Assembly (NCBI GenBank): GCA_965248775.1
Contig: OZ252150.1
Location: forward strand, 5,473,990-5,537,989
DNA from: Anaerolineales bacterium
GTDB taxonomy: Bacteria > Chloroflexota > Anaerolineae > Anaerolineales > JBHHUI01
Reading direction: 5' to 3'
DNA: 64,000 bases
The notes beneath the pieces are model-generated. The model was given only the letters and a program-made list of their open reading frames with translations, searched no databases and was not told the DNA's origin. Made by a program: the position numbers and the translations under genes. Of the stretch, positions 29,635 to 39,812 are shown piece by piece. Positions within the stretch are counted from its first letter, which is position 1, and each line of letters begins with the position of its first letter.

Positions 29635-30759
29635 ATGGCCCAGAAGAAAATTCGTGTGGGAATAATTTTTGGCGGGCGTTCGGGTGAACACGAAGTTTCG
29701 CTCATGTCGGCACAGTCGGTCATGAAAGCGATCGACAAAGACAAATACGAGGTGACGTTGATCGGGATCACGAAAGAAGGGCAGTGGATTGGCGGGGAGG
29801 ATCCCATGCAGGCACTCACAAGTGGTGCCGGGGCTACCTCCGAGCGCGCGCTGCTGGGCGACCCGCGCCACAATGCTTTGATGACTGTGACCCGCCAGGC
29901 CGATGGCCAGGCGGTGAGCATGTCCAACGTCACAGAACTCGATGTTTTGTTTCCCGTTTTGCATGGCACCTACGGAGAAGATGGAACTGTGCAGGGCTTG
30001 TTGGAGCTTGCCGATATTGCCTATGTCGGTGCGGGTGTGGTTGGTTCAGCGGTCGGTATGGACAAAGCGGTTTTCAAGCGCGTAATTCAGGCAATTGGTG
30101 TGCCGGTGCTGCCCTTTGTTATTGTGAATCGTGACGATATTGATCACGACCGCGCTGCTGTTGTGGCGGCAGTTGAATCGGAATTGACGTATCCGGTTTT
30201 CGTAAAACCCGCCAATTTGGGATCATCTGTGGGTATTTCCTGTGCGACAAACTTGGCAGAACTTCACAGTGCATTGGAGGAGGCAGCCCGCTGGGACCGG
30301 CGCATCGTCGTCGAGCAAGGAATCGATGGACGCGAGATCGAAGTGAGCGTACTTGGTAATGATGATCCGATTGTATCGGTAGCTGGAGAGATCGTGCCAC
30401 AACGCGACTTTTACGACTACAAAGCCAAATACGTCACCGACGACTCGGAACTTCACATTCCAGCACCAATCATGTCCGAGCAATTGGAGCAGGTGCAGGC
30501 AATCGCGCGAAAGGCCTACAAAGCGATCGATTGCGCTGGTATGGCGCGCGTGGACTTTTTGTTGGATCGCGAATCCGGCGAACTCTGGCTAAACGAGTTA
30601 AACACCATCCCCGGTTTCACCCAGATCAGCATGTATCCCAAGTTGTGGGAAGCCAGCGGTTTGAGTTATCCCGATTTGATTGACCGCCTGATTGAACTCG
30701 CACTTGAGCGCAAAGCAGATCGGGATCGGAACGAACGCTCTTTTGATGTAGAACCATGA
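29635..30759 (+). CDS. ddl: D-alanine--D-alanine ligase
   Basis: IRVGIIFGGRSGEHEVS, an ATP-grasp domain and LNELNTIPGFT. Confidence 0.92.
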   Translation: MAQKKIRVGIIFGGRSGEHEVSLMSAQSVMKAIDKDKYEVTLIGITKEGQWIGGEDPMQALTSGAGATSERALLGDPRHNALMTVTRQADGQAVSMSNVTELDVLFPVLHGTYGEDGTVQGLLELADIAYVGAGVVGSAVGMDKAVFKRVIQAIGVPVLPFVIVNRDDIDHDRAAVVAAVESELTYPVFVKPANLGSSVGISCATNLAELHSALEEAARWDRRIVVEQGIDGREIEVSVLGNDDPIVSVAGEIVPQRDFYDYKAKYVTDDSELHIPAPIMSEQLEQVQAIARKAYKAIDCAGMARVDFLLDRESGELWLNELNTIPGFTQISMYPKLWEASGLSYPDLIDRLIELALERKADRDRNERSFDVEP

Positions 30760-31700
30760 CCCGTACCCGTCGTAGCGCCCGCACCATTTCAGGTACCCGC
30801 GCCGATAGCGTTCGCGCCCGGCGAGAACGGCGCGCGCAGCGCAGTTCGGCGAGTCTCGTTTCTAAAGCGCGCACACCCCGCGATCTGGAAGCCTCTCGCG
30901 CCCGCCGCAAATCTGCCCGGCCCAAGCGCGCCCGCAGGGAGTGGAGCGCGGCTGTCGGCGCGGCCGAATTGGCCGTAGGAATGGGCACAGCTGCCCTGCC
31001 GCGTATTTCAATTCCGCGCATCGGTTGGCGAGCGATGAGCTTCACACTGGTCGCATCATTGATTGTGTTGATCTTTCACGGTATGACAGCGCCAGAATAT
31101 TTCATCGGCTCTATTAATCTGGCGGGCGCACGTTTTGTTTCGGGCGACGAAATTTATCGCGCGTCTGCTGCCCATGCGGTCAATGCCTTTTGGCTCCAAC
31201 CGGATGAGATCGAAGCTCGCATTGAAGCGATCCCGGCTATTTTGGATGCGACCGTAGTTCTCGAATGGCCACCGGCTTTGTACGTGGACGTCGTGGAACG
31301 TGCGCCTATGCTTGCCTGGTTGCAGGGTGGCGAGACAGTCTGGATCGATCAGAACGGTAGCGCCTTTGCAGTTCGCGGAGAACTTTCTGATCTGCTGCCG
31401 ATTGTGGTGGATGATGCCACACAGACCTGGCCGCTCGAAGCGAAGGTGCCGCAGGCAGTGCTCGAGGGGGCGCTGGAGTTAAAAACCCTGCGACCGAATA
31501 TAGAACTACTACATTACGATTCCCGTTTTGGGCTCTCCTATCAGGATGGCCGCGGCTGGCGTGGTTATTTTGGCGTCGGTCGGGGGATGGAGTCTCGACT
31601 GATCGTTTACGAAACACTGGTGGATGACTTGATGGCACGGCGAATTCACCCTGCAATGATCGACGTGGGCAATCCGGATTCGCCCTATTACCGGCACTAG
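30756..31700 (+). CDS. ftsQ: FtsQ-like cell division protein (POTRA) with a long Arg-rich N-terminal tail
   Basis: About 80 aa of Arg/Ser-rich tail, one TM segment and a POTRA-like region. Position ddl-ftsQ-ftsA. Confidence 0.75.
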   Translation: MTRTRRSARTISGTRADSVRARRERRAQRSSASLVSKARTPRDLEASRARRKSARPKRARREWSAAVGAAELAVGMGTAALPRISIPRIGWRAMSFTLVASLIVLIFHGMTAPEYFIGSINLAGARFVSGDEIYRASAAHAVNAFWLQPDEIEARIEAIPAILDATVVLEWPPALYVDVVERAPMLAWLQGGETVWIDQNGSAFAVRGELSDLLPIVVDDATQTWPLEAKVPQAVLEGALELKTLRPNIELLHYDSRFGLSYQDGRGWRGYFGVGRGMESRLIVYETLVDDLMARRIHPAMIDVGNPDSPYYRH

Positions 31701-31721
31701 GTGCGATTTAGAGAGTAGTAA

Positions 31722-32969
31722 ATGGAAGATACGCTTCTCACAGCAATTGACGTTGGCACAACGAAAATCTGCACACTCGTTGCAGAACTGATTGATGTTG
31801 ATAGCTACGAAATCCTTGGCGTCGGCATTGTCCCCGCGCGTGGGATGCGCAAAGGCGTAATCGTGGATGTAGAGCAGGCTAGTGCAGCCATCGGTGAATC
31901 AATCGATCAGGCTGAGCGATCTTCCGGGTATCAGATTGGCGCTGCTTTTGTCAGCCTAGCGGGCGCCCACATCTCGTCTGTCAACAGTCACGGTGTCGTT
32001 GGGATTACCGGTCATCGTGGAATTGACGAAGATGACGTAGATCGGGCGCTGGATGCAGCCCAGGCCATTGCCATTCCGCATAATCGTGAGGTGATGCACA
32101 TCATTCCTCGCGGTTTCGAAGTCGACGGTCAAGATGGTGTGCGCTCTCCCCTGGGGATGTACGGCTTCCGCCTGGAAGTTGAAGCTCACATCGTTACGGC
32201 CGCCAAGACCTCCGTGCAAAACCTGACGAAATGTATCGAGCATTCTGGTGTGGTTGTTGAGCAATTTGTGCTTAACCCATTGGCTGCCGCCGAAGTGGCG
32301 CTCAACGAGACCGAACGCGAGATGGGCGTGGTGGTTTGTGATATTGGTGGCGGTACCACGGATATGGCGATTTTCATTGAAGGTAATGTCTGGCACACTA
32401 TGGTGCTTTCTGTGGGCGGACAGCATATTACTTCTGACTTAGCGCATGGTTTACGCCTTCCGATTGAAGTCGCAGAAGGTATCAAATGCGATCATGGACA
32501 CGCCTGGCAACATCAGGTCGAGGCAGACGAGCATATCAACGTCCGTCCATTCGGTAGCGACACGCCAATCCAGATCAGTCGGGCAGAACTGGCGCATATC
32601 GTCGAAGCGCGGGCAGAGGAAATATTCACACTGGTGCTGCAGGAGATCAAACGCTCGGGCTACGATGGCCTGCTCCCGGCAGGAATCGTCCTCACTGGAG
32701 GGTCTGCGCGCTTGCCGGGGCTACGCGAGATTGCTGGAGATGTGCTGGGCCTGCCAGTGCGCGTCGCCGAGCCTGCAGACCTACGCGGACTGGTCGACAA
32801 TATTTCAGGTCCAGAGTACGCCACAACTGTAGGCCTGCTTAACTGGGCCGCGCGCGAGACTATTTTTGGAGATACACCGCAGAGCTCGAATGGACGCAGT
32901 GAACGAACAAAACGCAGTACCGGCGGCGGCTGGCTCGAGTTTTTCCGGCGCTTAACACCAATGTCTTAG
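31722..32969 (+). CDS. ftsA: cell division protein FtsA
   Basis: Actin-fold motifs [13 protein letters not shown] and [12 protein letters not shown]. Confidence 0.92.
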   Translation: MEDTLLTAIDVGTTKICTLVAELIDVDSYEILGVGIVPARGMRKGVIVDVEQASAAIGESIDQAERSSGYQIGAAFVSLAGAHISSVNSHGVVGITGHRGIDEDDVDRALDAAQAIAIPHNREVMHIIPRGFEVDGQDGVRSPLGMYGFRLEVEAHIVTAAKTSVQNLTKCIEHSGVVVEQFVLNPLAAAEVALNETEREMGVVVCDIGGGTTDMAIFIEGNVWHTMVLSVGGQHITSDLAHGLRLPIEVAEGIKCDHGHAWQHQVEADEHINVRPFGSDTPIQISRAELAHIVEARAEEIFTLVLQEIKRSGYDGLLPAGIVLTGGSARLPGLREIAGDVLGLPVRVAEPADLRGLVDNISGPEYATTVGLLNWAARETIFGDTPQSSNGRSERTKRSTGGGWLEFFRRLTPMS

Positions 32970-33102
32970 ATTTAATCTCAATTTGCGAGGAGAGAGAACA
33001 GTGTCAAAAGGATTCGTTCCACCCAAATCACAACGCAAGGCAGAAACGACGGAGCGTCAGCGGGGATCTGAAGTTCCGTCACAATCGCAGAGGAGACCCA
33101 AT

Positions 33103-34263
33103 ATGATGAAACCCGCTCCCCTTGTTGAAACATTCGCCCGTATTAAAGTTGTCGGCGTTGGTGGTGGAGGTTCCAACGCTGTCAATCGAATGATCCAAGA
33201 CGGACTCTCTGGCGTAGAGTTCATCGCTGTCAATACAGACGCGCAGTCGCTCTTGCTCTCCAACGCGCCGCGTCGAGTGCGTATAGGCGACAAACTCACC
33301 CGTGGCCTCGGCGCCGGCGGCGACCCCGAGAAAGGAAAGAAGGCGGCTGAAGAATCGGCCGACGATCTTTACGAAGTGCTAAAAGGCTCCGACATGGTGT
33401 TCATCACTGCTGGCATGGGTGGTGGAACCGGTACCGGCGCCGCGCCGATCGTCGCGCAGGTCGCGCACGAAGTTGGCGCTCTGACAATCGGTGTTGTTAC
33501 GCGTCCCTTTACCTTTGAAGGTGCCAAACGAACACAGGGCGCCGAAACTGGAATCGGTGAATTGAAAGAAAAGGTCGATACACTTATTGTTATTCCGAAT
33601 GATCGCCTGCTCCAGATTGTGGACAAACGAGCTTCTCTGAACGAGGCGCTGAGCGTCGCAGATGAAGTCTTGCGCCAGGGTGTGCAGGGTATTTCCGAAC
33701 TCATCACAATACCGGGTCTGATCAACCTGGACTTCGCCGATGTACGTGCAATCATGTCCGAGGGTGGCGCTGCGCTTATGGCCGTTGGTACTGCCACTGG
33801 GGAAGATCGCGCCCGGGTGGCAGCCGAAAATGCAATTACAAGCAATTTGCTCGATATTACTATCGATGGCGCGCGCGGCATCCTCTTCAATGTGACTGGC
33901 GGGCCGGATATGAGCCTCTTCGAGGTCAATCAAGCAGCTGCCATCATTAAGGAGACTGCACATCAGGACGTGAATTTGATCTTCGGGGCTGTAATCGACC
34001 AAAATATGGGCGACGAAGTTCGCATCACCGTCATTGCAACCGGATTTGAGCGCCAGGGTGCGACCCGCCGTTCGATCCGCAGGAGTATGCGCGCGGCACA
34101 GAAAATGCAAGAACAGCCGCCATCCGGTCTCGAGTATGGCGAGCAGGTTCCGGTTGGGGTGGAAGCCAATCAGGCGCCAGCTCAAAAGGATAGTTTTACG
34201 GCGCGAGTCTTCAACACGGAAGATCTGGACATTCCCGCCTTCCTCCGAAGAGAGCGTCGTTAG
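33103..34263 (+). CDS. ftsZ: cell division GTPase FtsZ
   Basis: [13 protein letters not shown] and [13 protein letters not shown] (T4 loop). GAGGAG SD before ATG 33103. Upstream alternative starts (GTG 33001, TTG 32983) would add a basic extension. Confidence 0.92.
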   Translation: MMKPAPLVETFARIKVVGVGGGGSNAVNRMIQDGLSGVEFIAVNTDAQSLLLSNAPRRVRIGDKLTRGLGAGGDPEKGKKAAEESADDLYEVLKGSDMVFITAGMGGGTGTGAAPIVAQVAHEVGALTIGVVTRPFTFEGAKRTQGAETGIGELKEKVDTLIVIPNDRLLQIVDKRASLNEALSVADEVLRQGVQGISELITIPGLINLDFADVRAIMSEGGAALMAVGTATGEDRARVAAENAITSNLLDITIDGARGILFNVTGGPDMSLFEVNQAAAIIKETAHQDVNLIFGAVIDQNMGDEVRITVIATGFERQGATRRSIRRSMRAAQKMQEQPPSGLEYGEQVPVGVEANQAPAQKDSFTARVFNTEDLDIPAFLRRERR

Positions 34264-35546
34264 GTAGCACGTCCTCTAATCGTGTTCATGTGCACCATCG
34301 TTGCATGAGGCGCAAAGTCTCCCTGGAAGGCGGCCCGCGGCGCTTGGGCGGCGTCCAGCACGGGGGCGGCACTTTGAAATGCAATAGTTCAGCAATGCTC
34401 CAACAGTGGTCGGTCACACTGGCTGCGAGAGCCGGTGTACGTTGCACCCAACGATATCCGTGCGAGCCGACCGAGAGCCGCAACCGCAAGCTCTTATGAT
34501 AGTCACAGAAATTGTAGAAACAGCCGACGACAAACATGCCCGCGGCGAGGGTCTCGGCTTGTTGCGCCAGATGGCGAGTGCGGCGCGCGAGGCAGCTCAA
34601 CCGTTGGCGGAACGTGGCGTTCAGCCGCTCGATATAGGCAGTGTTGATCATGCCGCGGCCCTGGGTGGCATCGATGAGTTGTGTAATCATCTCACGTGCA
34701 CCTTGCACGATGCGGCGGTCGATAGTCAACTTGCCAGCCGCACGTTGTTTGACAACTTGTACAATGGCGATGTCAGGCCAGGACAGCAGCTGAGGTCGGC
34801 CGTGTGGACCGCGGCGTGGCAAGGGGGACCGGAAGGCTTTTCGAAACGCGTCCACATAGCTCGCCAGACCGTCCACCGCCAGCAGGAGCGGTCGCGCGAG
34901 AGCAACCGCACGGATTTGCTCGGCCAGCGTGCGAATGAGCTCTTTGTCACGTTTGGCACTGATGACGCCACCCAGCCACAGCCTCGTAGGGACCATCATG
35001 GCCATGGCCATCCAGAGCGTGCCGCGTTGCGTCTTGACTTTGATCTCATCCGCTTGTACTTGTTGCAAGTCCAACTGACTTTTCCCGACCACATGCGCAT
35101 GGATGGCATGGCACCGTTCTCCCGCACGACGCCACCATCTCTGCACTGTACGCTCGTGCAATCCGAAAGCCGCCACGATCGCCTGGCGCGGGCAACCATC
35201 ACGACCCTGTCGGGCGCGACAAGGGTAGGCCAGCAAGGTGATTACCAACATCACGATCTTAGGGTCAGTGCGCAAGCGATAGAAAAGCGTGCCTTTGGTC
35301 GCCGCGAAGGTCGTGTCGCACACCTCGCACTGGTAGCGTTTTTCCTGCTGACTATGGACGCTGATATTCCCTTCGCCAGTTTGACCTCTTGCCGCACAAT
35401 CGATATTCGGGCAGAATGCTTCCGCCGGGTTCATTGGCCCCCTCCTGCATTGCATAAACCACAATTACAGGAGTTTGCTAGTGAACCCGCTTTTGTTCAA
35501 GCGCTAGCGCTCAATACCAGCGATCACGGTTAGAGGATGTCCTACC
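34264..35546 (-). mobile_element. IS1-family (single-ORF, ISMhu11-like) insertion sequence
   Basis: Terminal IRs GGTAGCACGTCCTCTAATCGTGTTC and complement GGTAGGACATCCTCTAACCGTGATC match 21/25. They are flanked by the 9-bp direct repeat CGTCGTTAG (34255-34263 and 35547-35555). Confidence 0.8.
34286..35434 (-). CDS. IS1-family DDE transposase (N-terminal zinc finger + HTH + DDE)
   Basis: CPNIDC...CEVC zinc finger and the INTAYIERLNATFRQRL motif characteristic of IS1-type transposases. AGGAGGGGG SD before ATG 35434. Confidence 0.7.
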   Translation of the reverse strand: MNPAEAFCPNIDCAARGQTGEGNISVHSQQEKRYQCEVCDTTFAATKGTLFYRLRTDPKIVMLVITLLAYPCRARQGRDGCPRQAIVAAFGLHERTVQRWWRRAGERCHAIHAHVVGKSQLDLQQVQADEIKVKTQRGTLWMAMAMMVPTRLWLGGVISAKRDKELIRTLAEQIRAVALARPLLLAVDGLASYVDAFRKAFRSPLPRRGPHGRPQLLSWPDIAIVQVVKQRAAGKLTIDRRIVQGAREMITQLIDATQGRGMINTAYIERLNATFRQRLSCLARRTRHLAQQAETLAAGMFVVGCFYNFCDYHKSLRLRLSVGSHGYRWVQRTPALAASVTDHCWSIAELLHFKVPPPCWTPPKRRGPPSRETLRLMQRWCT

Positions 35547-35685
35547 CGTCGTTAGATAGCAGATTTTTAGAGAAAGATGATTGTGGACTGTAGAAGTAAT
35601 GGAGTAAACGCTTCAGAAGAGTTGCCGGTCTAGAGGAGACAAATCCCTGCCCGGCGTTTCAAACTCCAAGTTATTTCCCTCGCAT

Positions 35686-35740
35686 AGACCGGCCGCTACC
35701 GCGCGATAGGGCCTTCCGCGCAGCGGTCCGGTCTGTTTTT
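35686..35740 (+). terminator. rho-independent terminator, probably the original dcw/ftsZ terminator
   Basis: AGACCGGCCGCTACCGCGCG...CGCGCAGCGGTCCGGTCT stem followed by GTTTTT. Confidence 0.6.
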
Positions 35741-35877
35741 AATCCCCCTATCGTTCAACATGACAAAAATATTCAGCATATTATTGTGAACCGCAAGAAA
35801 TAATTGAACATAGGTTTAACTTGCCTATTCTTTAAGGTTATATAGCGAAAGCTTTAAGGTAATGAAGACGTAAATTA

Positions 35878-35906
35878 TTGCATGCAGAATACACTCGTGC
35901 TATACT
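35878..35906 (+). promoter_or_regulatory. sigma70-like promoter upstream of nrdR (TTGCAT-N17-TATACT)
   Basis: TTGCAT at 35878-35883, a 17-nt spacer and TATACT at 35901-35906. Confidence 0.5.
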
Positions 35907-36016
35907 CCGACGCTCTTCGCACCCAGATGTTGGGGTTCGGTTAGAGGATAACCCCACATGTGCCGAAAACATTCGTTCCACTGCTGGCTAACACTGCAAC
36001 CTTAGGGGGGAACCCA

Positions 36017-36466
36017 GTGCGCTGTCCATATTGCCAGGCTGAATCATCGCGCGTCATTGATACAGATCATGATTTCCGTGGTGGTGTTCGCCGTCGGCGA
36101 GAATGCCAGAATTGTGGTGAACGTTTTTCCACCTACGAACGCGCCGTCCTCGCAACGCCCATGCTTATTAAGGGTGATGGCACCCGCGAAGAGTTCGATC
36201 GAGAAAAACTAATCAATGGCATCCGCATCGCTTGTGCAAAGCGACCTGTTGCTGCCAGTGAAATAGAACGTCTTGCTGGTGAAGTTGAAGCTTCATTACG
36301 TGGACTTGGAAAAGCAGAAGTCGAGTCACGCGTTGTGGGTGAATATGCAATCGCCGGTTTGAAAGCAGTAGACCAAGTGGCATACATTAGGTATGCTATT
36401 GTTTATCTGGGTTTGGACGATCTGCAGGCGGTTCGTAACGAAATTGACCGCCTGCTTGAAGGCTAG
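36017..36466 (+). CDS. nrdR: transcriptional repressor NrdR
   Basis: GTG start giving (M)RCPYCQAESSRVIDT, a zinc ribbon and an ATP-cone. G-rich SD upstream. Confidence 0.9.
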   Translation: MRCPYCQAESSRVIDTDHDFRGGVRRRRECQNCGERFSTYERAVLATPMLIKGDGTREEFDREKLINGIRIACAKRPVAASEIERLAGEVEASLRGLGKAEVESRVVGEYAIAGLKAVDQVAYIRYAIVYLGLDDLQAVRNEIDRLLEG

Positions 36467-36500
36467 GGATTTTTTTGGTTAGGGAAAGGGGAATGGTTTA

Positions 36501-39020
36501 ATGTTAAGAACGCAGCCAGAGACAATCAGGAATGGAGATGTAAGTGCTCCTGAGATGCCTGCGCTGCCACCTGTCACCAAGTTGTCTGATAACTCACGTA
36601 CCGTTTTGGAGAAGCGCTATTTGCGTCGTGGTGAAGATGGTAAGCCGGTTGAGACAATTGAGCAGATGTTTTGGCGTGTGGCTTCGAATGTGGCAGCTCC
36701 AGAAGCAGAGAGCGGCGGTGATCCAGATGCCGTTGCCCGCGATTTTTATGAGCTTTTATCGAATTTTGAGTTCCTCCCCAATTCACCGACATTTACTGGT
36801 GCCGGCACACCGCTTGGTCAATTGGCCGCGTGTTTCGTGTTACCAATCTCGGATGATATGGGGCGCGATGGGTCTGGTATTTTCCAAACCCTGCGAGATG
36901 CTGCTCTGATTCAGCAGACAGGTGGTGGGAATGGCTTCTCATTTTCTCGCCTCCGCCCAAAGGCCACCTTGGTCAAGTCCTCCGCCGGACAAGCCACTGG
37001 CCCAGTGGGATTCTTGTGTGTATACGACAAAGCCTTTGGTGAGATCGCACAGGGTGGCACACGTCGTGGTGCGAATATGGCCGTGTTACGTATAGATCAT
37101 CCCGATATTGAAGATTTTATTACGTGCAAGACTGACGAAAACGCAATCACCAATTTCAATATTTCGGTTGGAATCACCGACAGCTTCATGCAAGCTGTCG
37201 ATCGCGATGAAATGTGGGAGCTGCGTTTCCCGGATGTCAGTACAGACGAATATCACAACTTCGACGGGACGCTCGAACAAGCCGAAGAAGCCGGCGTTCC
37301 AATCAAAATCTACAAGAGCGTTCGAGCGCGGGAGTTATTCGACAAGATCGTGGAGCACGCGCACCACAATGGTGAGCCTGGGGTGTTATTCCTCGATGCT
37401 GCCAATCGTGAAAATCCCGTTCCACAGCTTTATCAACTCGAAGCCACAAATCCATGCGGCGAGCAATGGCTTGGCCCCTATGAGAACTGCTGCCTTGGCT
37501 CTCTCAACCTCGGCCAACTTACTGGACCCAACGGGACAGTGGACTGGGAAAGGTTACGCCGTGCTACAATCCTTTCCACCCGCTTCCTCGACAATGTGGT
37601 GAGTGCAAATGCTTATGTGGCGGCGGTGCCGGAATTGGTGAAAGCCGCCCGGCGGGCACGCCGCATTGGGTTGGGTATTATGGGATTGGGCGATCTCATG
37701 TATCACGTCGGGGTACGCTATGGTTCAGAAGAAGCGCAGGAATTCTCGGCACAGGTCATGGAATTTGTGCGCTATCACTGTATGGTGACCAGCGTGAATC
37801 TGGCCCGTGAACGGGGTTCTTTCACGGCAATTAAGGGGAGTGTATACGATCCGACCCACATGCGCTGGAATCCCCCCCAACCACTGGAAGCCTACAAACA
37901 TGATTTCGGACGGCCACCCGTGCGTTGGGAGCATGTTGTGGCCGGTATCCAGGAGTTCGGGCTGCGTAACGCTTGCCAGACCACTGTTGCACCCACAGGA
38001 ACAATTGCCACCGTCGCCGGTTGTGAAGCATATGGTTGTGAGCCTGTATTTGCACTGGCCTACATCCGGCATGTTAATGACAACGGCAACGACCTCAAAC
38101 TGACCTACACGAGTCCGCTCTTCGAGCAGGCGCTTATCGAGGCCGGGCTGGACGAGACTCAGCGCAGGCGTATAGTGGAACAGGTGATGCTGAAAGGTTC
38201 CTGTCAGGACATTGAGGAGATCCCCGAGTCTGTTCGCAATACCTTTGTCGTTTCGCAAGACATCTCAGCCGAAGAGCACGTCCGCATGCAGGCATCCATC
38301 CAAGCATTTGTGGACAATAGCCTGTCTAAGACTTGTAATTTCTCGGCGGAGGCCACCGAAGCGGATATTGCAGAGGCATATCTACTAGCCTGGGAATTGG
38401 GCTGTAAAGGGCTCACAGTTTACGTTACGGGTTCACGCCAAAAGGTTGTGTTAGAAACGCATGAAGTTGCCGAGAAGAAGAACGGCGCAAATCCCGAGCA
38501 TGCGCCGAAGCTCTTCCAGGAAGACAAAAAGCCGCGTCCGATGCGATTGCCAGGCACCACGATGATGGTTGACACGCCCGCAGGAAAATCTTATGTGACT
38601 GTCAATGAAAACGGCGGGAGCGAACCATTTGAGGTGTTCATCAGTACAGCCAAGGCCGGGAGCGAGACATTTGCGATCGGCGAAGCCATTGGGCGGCTTA
38701 TTTCATTTGTGCTCCGCATGTCATCCCCGATTCCACCACGCGATCGGCTCCGTGAAGTTGTGCGCCAATTGCAGGGCATCGGCGGCGGGCGCTCTTTGGG
38801 CTTTGGTCCCAATCGGGTGCGCTCGCTTCCTGATGGTGTCGCGCAAGCAATCCATGACTACATTGGCGATACAGAGATAATTGTGGCTGCCAACGACGAG
38901 TCTGACGTTCAAAAAGATCAGTTGCGCTTTGGTGATCTCTGCCCCGAATGTGGAGAGGCCGCGCTCATAAATGAAGAAGGCTGTCGCAAATGCTATGCCT
39001 GCGCTTTCTCGGAATGTTGA
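36501..39020 (+). CDS. nrdJ: adenosylcobalamin-dependent (class II) ribonucleotide reductase
   Basis: [22 protein letters not shown] active-site region. C-terminal Cys-rich tail CPECG...CRKCYAC. Confidence 0.92.
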   Translation: MLRTQPETIRNGDVSAPEMPALPPVTKLSDNSRTVLEKRYLRRGEDGKPVETIEQMFWRVASNVAAPEAESGGDPDAVARDFYELLSNFEFLPNSPTFTGAGTPLGQLAACFVLPISDDMGRDGSGIFQTLRDAALIQQTGGGNGFSFSRLRPKATLVKSSAGQATGPVGFLCVYDKAFGEIAQGGTRRGANMAVLRIDHPDIEDFITCKTDENAITNFNISVGITDSFMQAVDRDEMWELRFPDVSTDEYHNFDGTLEQAEEAGVPIKIYKSVRARELFDKIVEHAHHNGEPGVLFLDAANRENPVPQLYQLEATNPCGEQWLGPYENCCLGSLNLGQLTGPNGTVDWERLRRATILSTRFLDNVVSANAYVAAVPELVKAARRARRIGLGIMGLGDLMYHVGVRYGSEEAQEFSAQVMEFVRYHCMVTSVNLARERGSFTAIKGSVYDPTHMRWNPPQPLEAYKHDFGRPPVRWEHVVAGIQEFGLRNACQTTVAPTGTIATVAGCEAYGCEPVFALAYIRHVNDNGNDLKLTYTSPLFEQALIEAGLDETQRRRIVEQVMLKGSCQDIEEIPESVRNTFVVSQDISAEEHVRMQASIQAFVDNSLSKTCNFSAEATEADIAEAYLLAWELGCKGLTVYVTGSRQKVVLETHEVAEKKNGANPEHAPKLFQEDKKPRPMRLPGTTMMVDTPAGKSYVTVNENGGSEPFEVFISTAKAGSETFAIGEAIGRLISFVLRMSSPIPPRDRLREVVRQLQGIGGGRSLGFGPNRVRSLPDGVAQAIHDYIGDTEIIVAANDESDVQKDQLRFGDLCPECGEAALINEEGCRKCYACAFSEC

Positions 39021-39042
39021 AACTAAGTCGAATTTGATAGAA

Positions 39043-39078
39043 AAGCACACAGGCTGCCCATGGGCAGCCTGTGTGCTT
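39043..39078 (+). terminator. perfect 36-bp palindrome (AAGCACACAGGCTGCCCA/TGGGCAGCCTGTGTGCTT) downstream of nrdJ
   Basis: An 18-bp stem centred on CATG, followed by TTTA only, so it is an atypical terminator. Confidence 0.55.
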
Positions 39079-39812
39079 TAGTGGAGTAATAGAGCGGGAA
39101 ATCGCCATGGAAAGAAATCTCAAATCAAGAATCATTCTCTTCGCTCTGACAGCCCTGCTCGTTGCCGCCCTGGCCTGCAACCTGCCTGGTAGCGCTCCGC
39201 CGGATGAAGAGCTGCCCGCTCCCGCTGTTGAGATAGAAACTGGCGAGGAACAACAATCGAGCGAGTCCATTGCAGCGTCGGAGAGCGAGCCAGATGTTGT
39301 CGAAGAGATCGAAGAAATTGTTTCCGAAGATCCGGAAGGTGTATTGCCGGCGGCAGTCTATTTTATAGGCACAGATAGCCAACTCTGGCGACTCGAGGTG
39401 GATGGGCTGACCACTTCACCAGTCGCTGCAGATGTTATCGACTTTGATGTCTCGCCATACGACGGGCGGTTGGTGTATGTAAGCGGCAACGATCTGTATC
39501 GATTGGATACACTCGACTCTGAACCGGTGTTGCTCCTGGATGGCCCGGATGTGCAAGATGATGTGAGCGGTAATTTTGAAGAATGGGTTATCAACGCGAT
39601 CTCTTTCCCGCTTTGGTCGCCGGATGGCTCTCAGATCGCTTTTGGTTGGGGTGGAGCGCAGCTGATCTCCTCCAATGGGGGTGACCCCACCTTACTGCAG
39701 GCCAGCGATCCACCACCTGATCTGGAATCGGGAGATCTGCCACTCGGGCCGATTCAGTTTTTCTTCCCGGAGGCCTGGTCGCCAGACGGTACAAAATTAA
39801 TAATTGAATTTA

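Noticed and set aside
35921-35963. Calling the two ACCC.../...GGGT elements upstream of nrdR bona fide NrdR boxes.
   Set aside because: Only 5/8 palindromic positions hold in the first element, and only an 8-bp core (CACATGTG) in the second. The match to the known acaCwAtATaTwGtgt consensus is poor. I kept it only as a low-interest observation.
36467-36500. A cobalamin riboswitch or other leader upstream of the B12-dependent nrdJ.
   Set aside because: The nrdR-nrdJ intergenic region is only 34 nt, too short for a riboswitch. The two genes are evidently co-transcribed.
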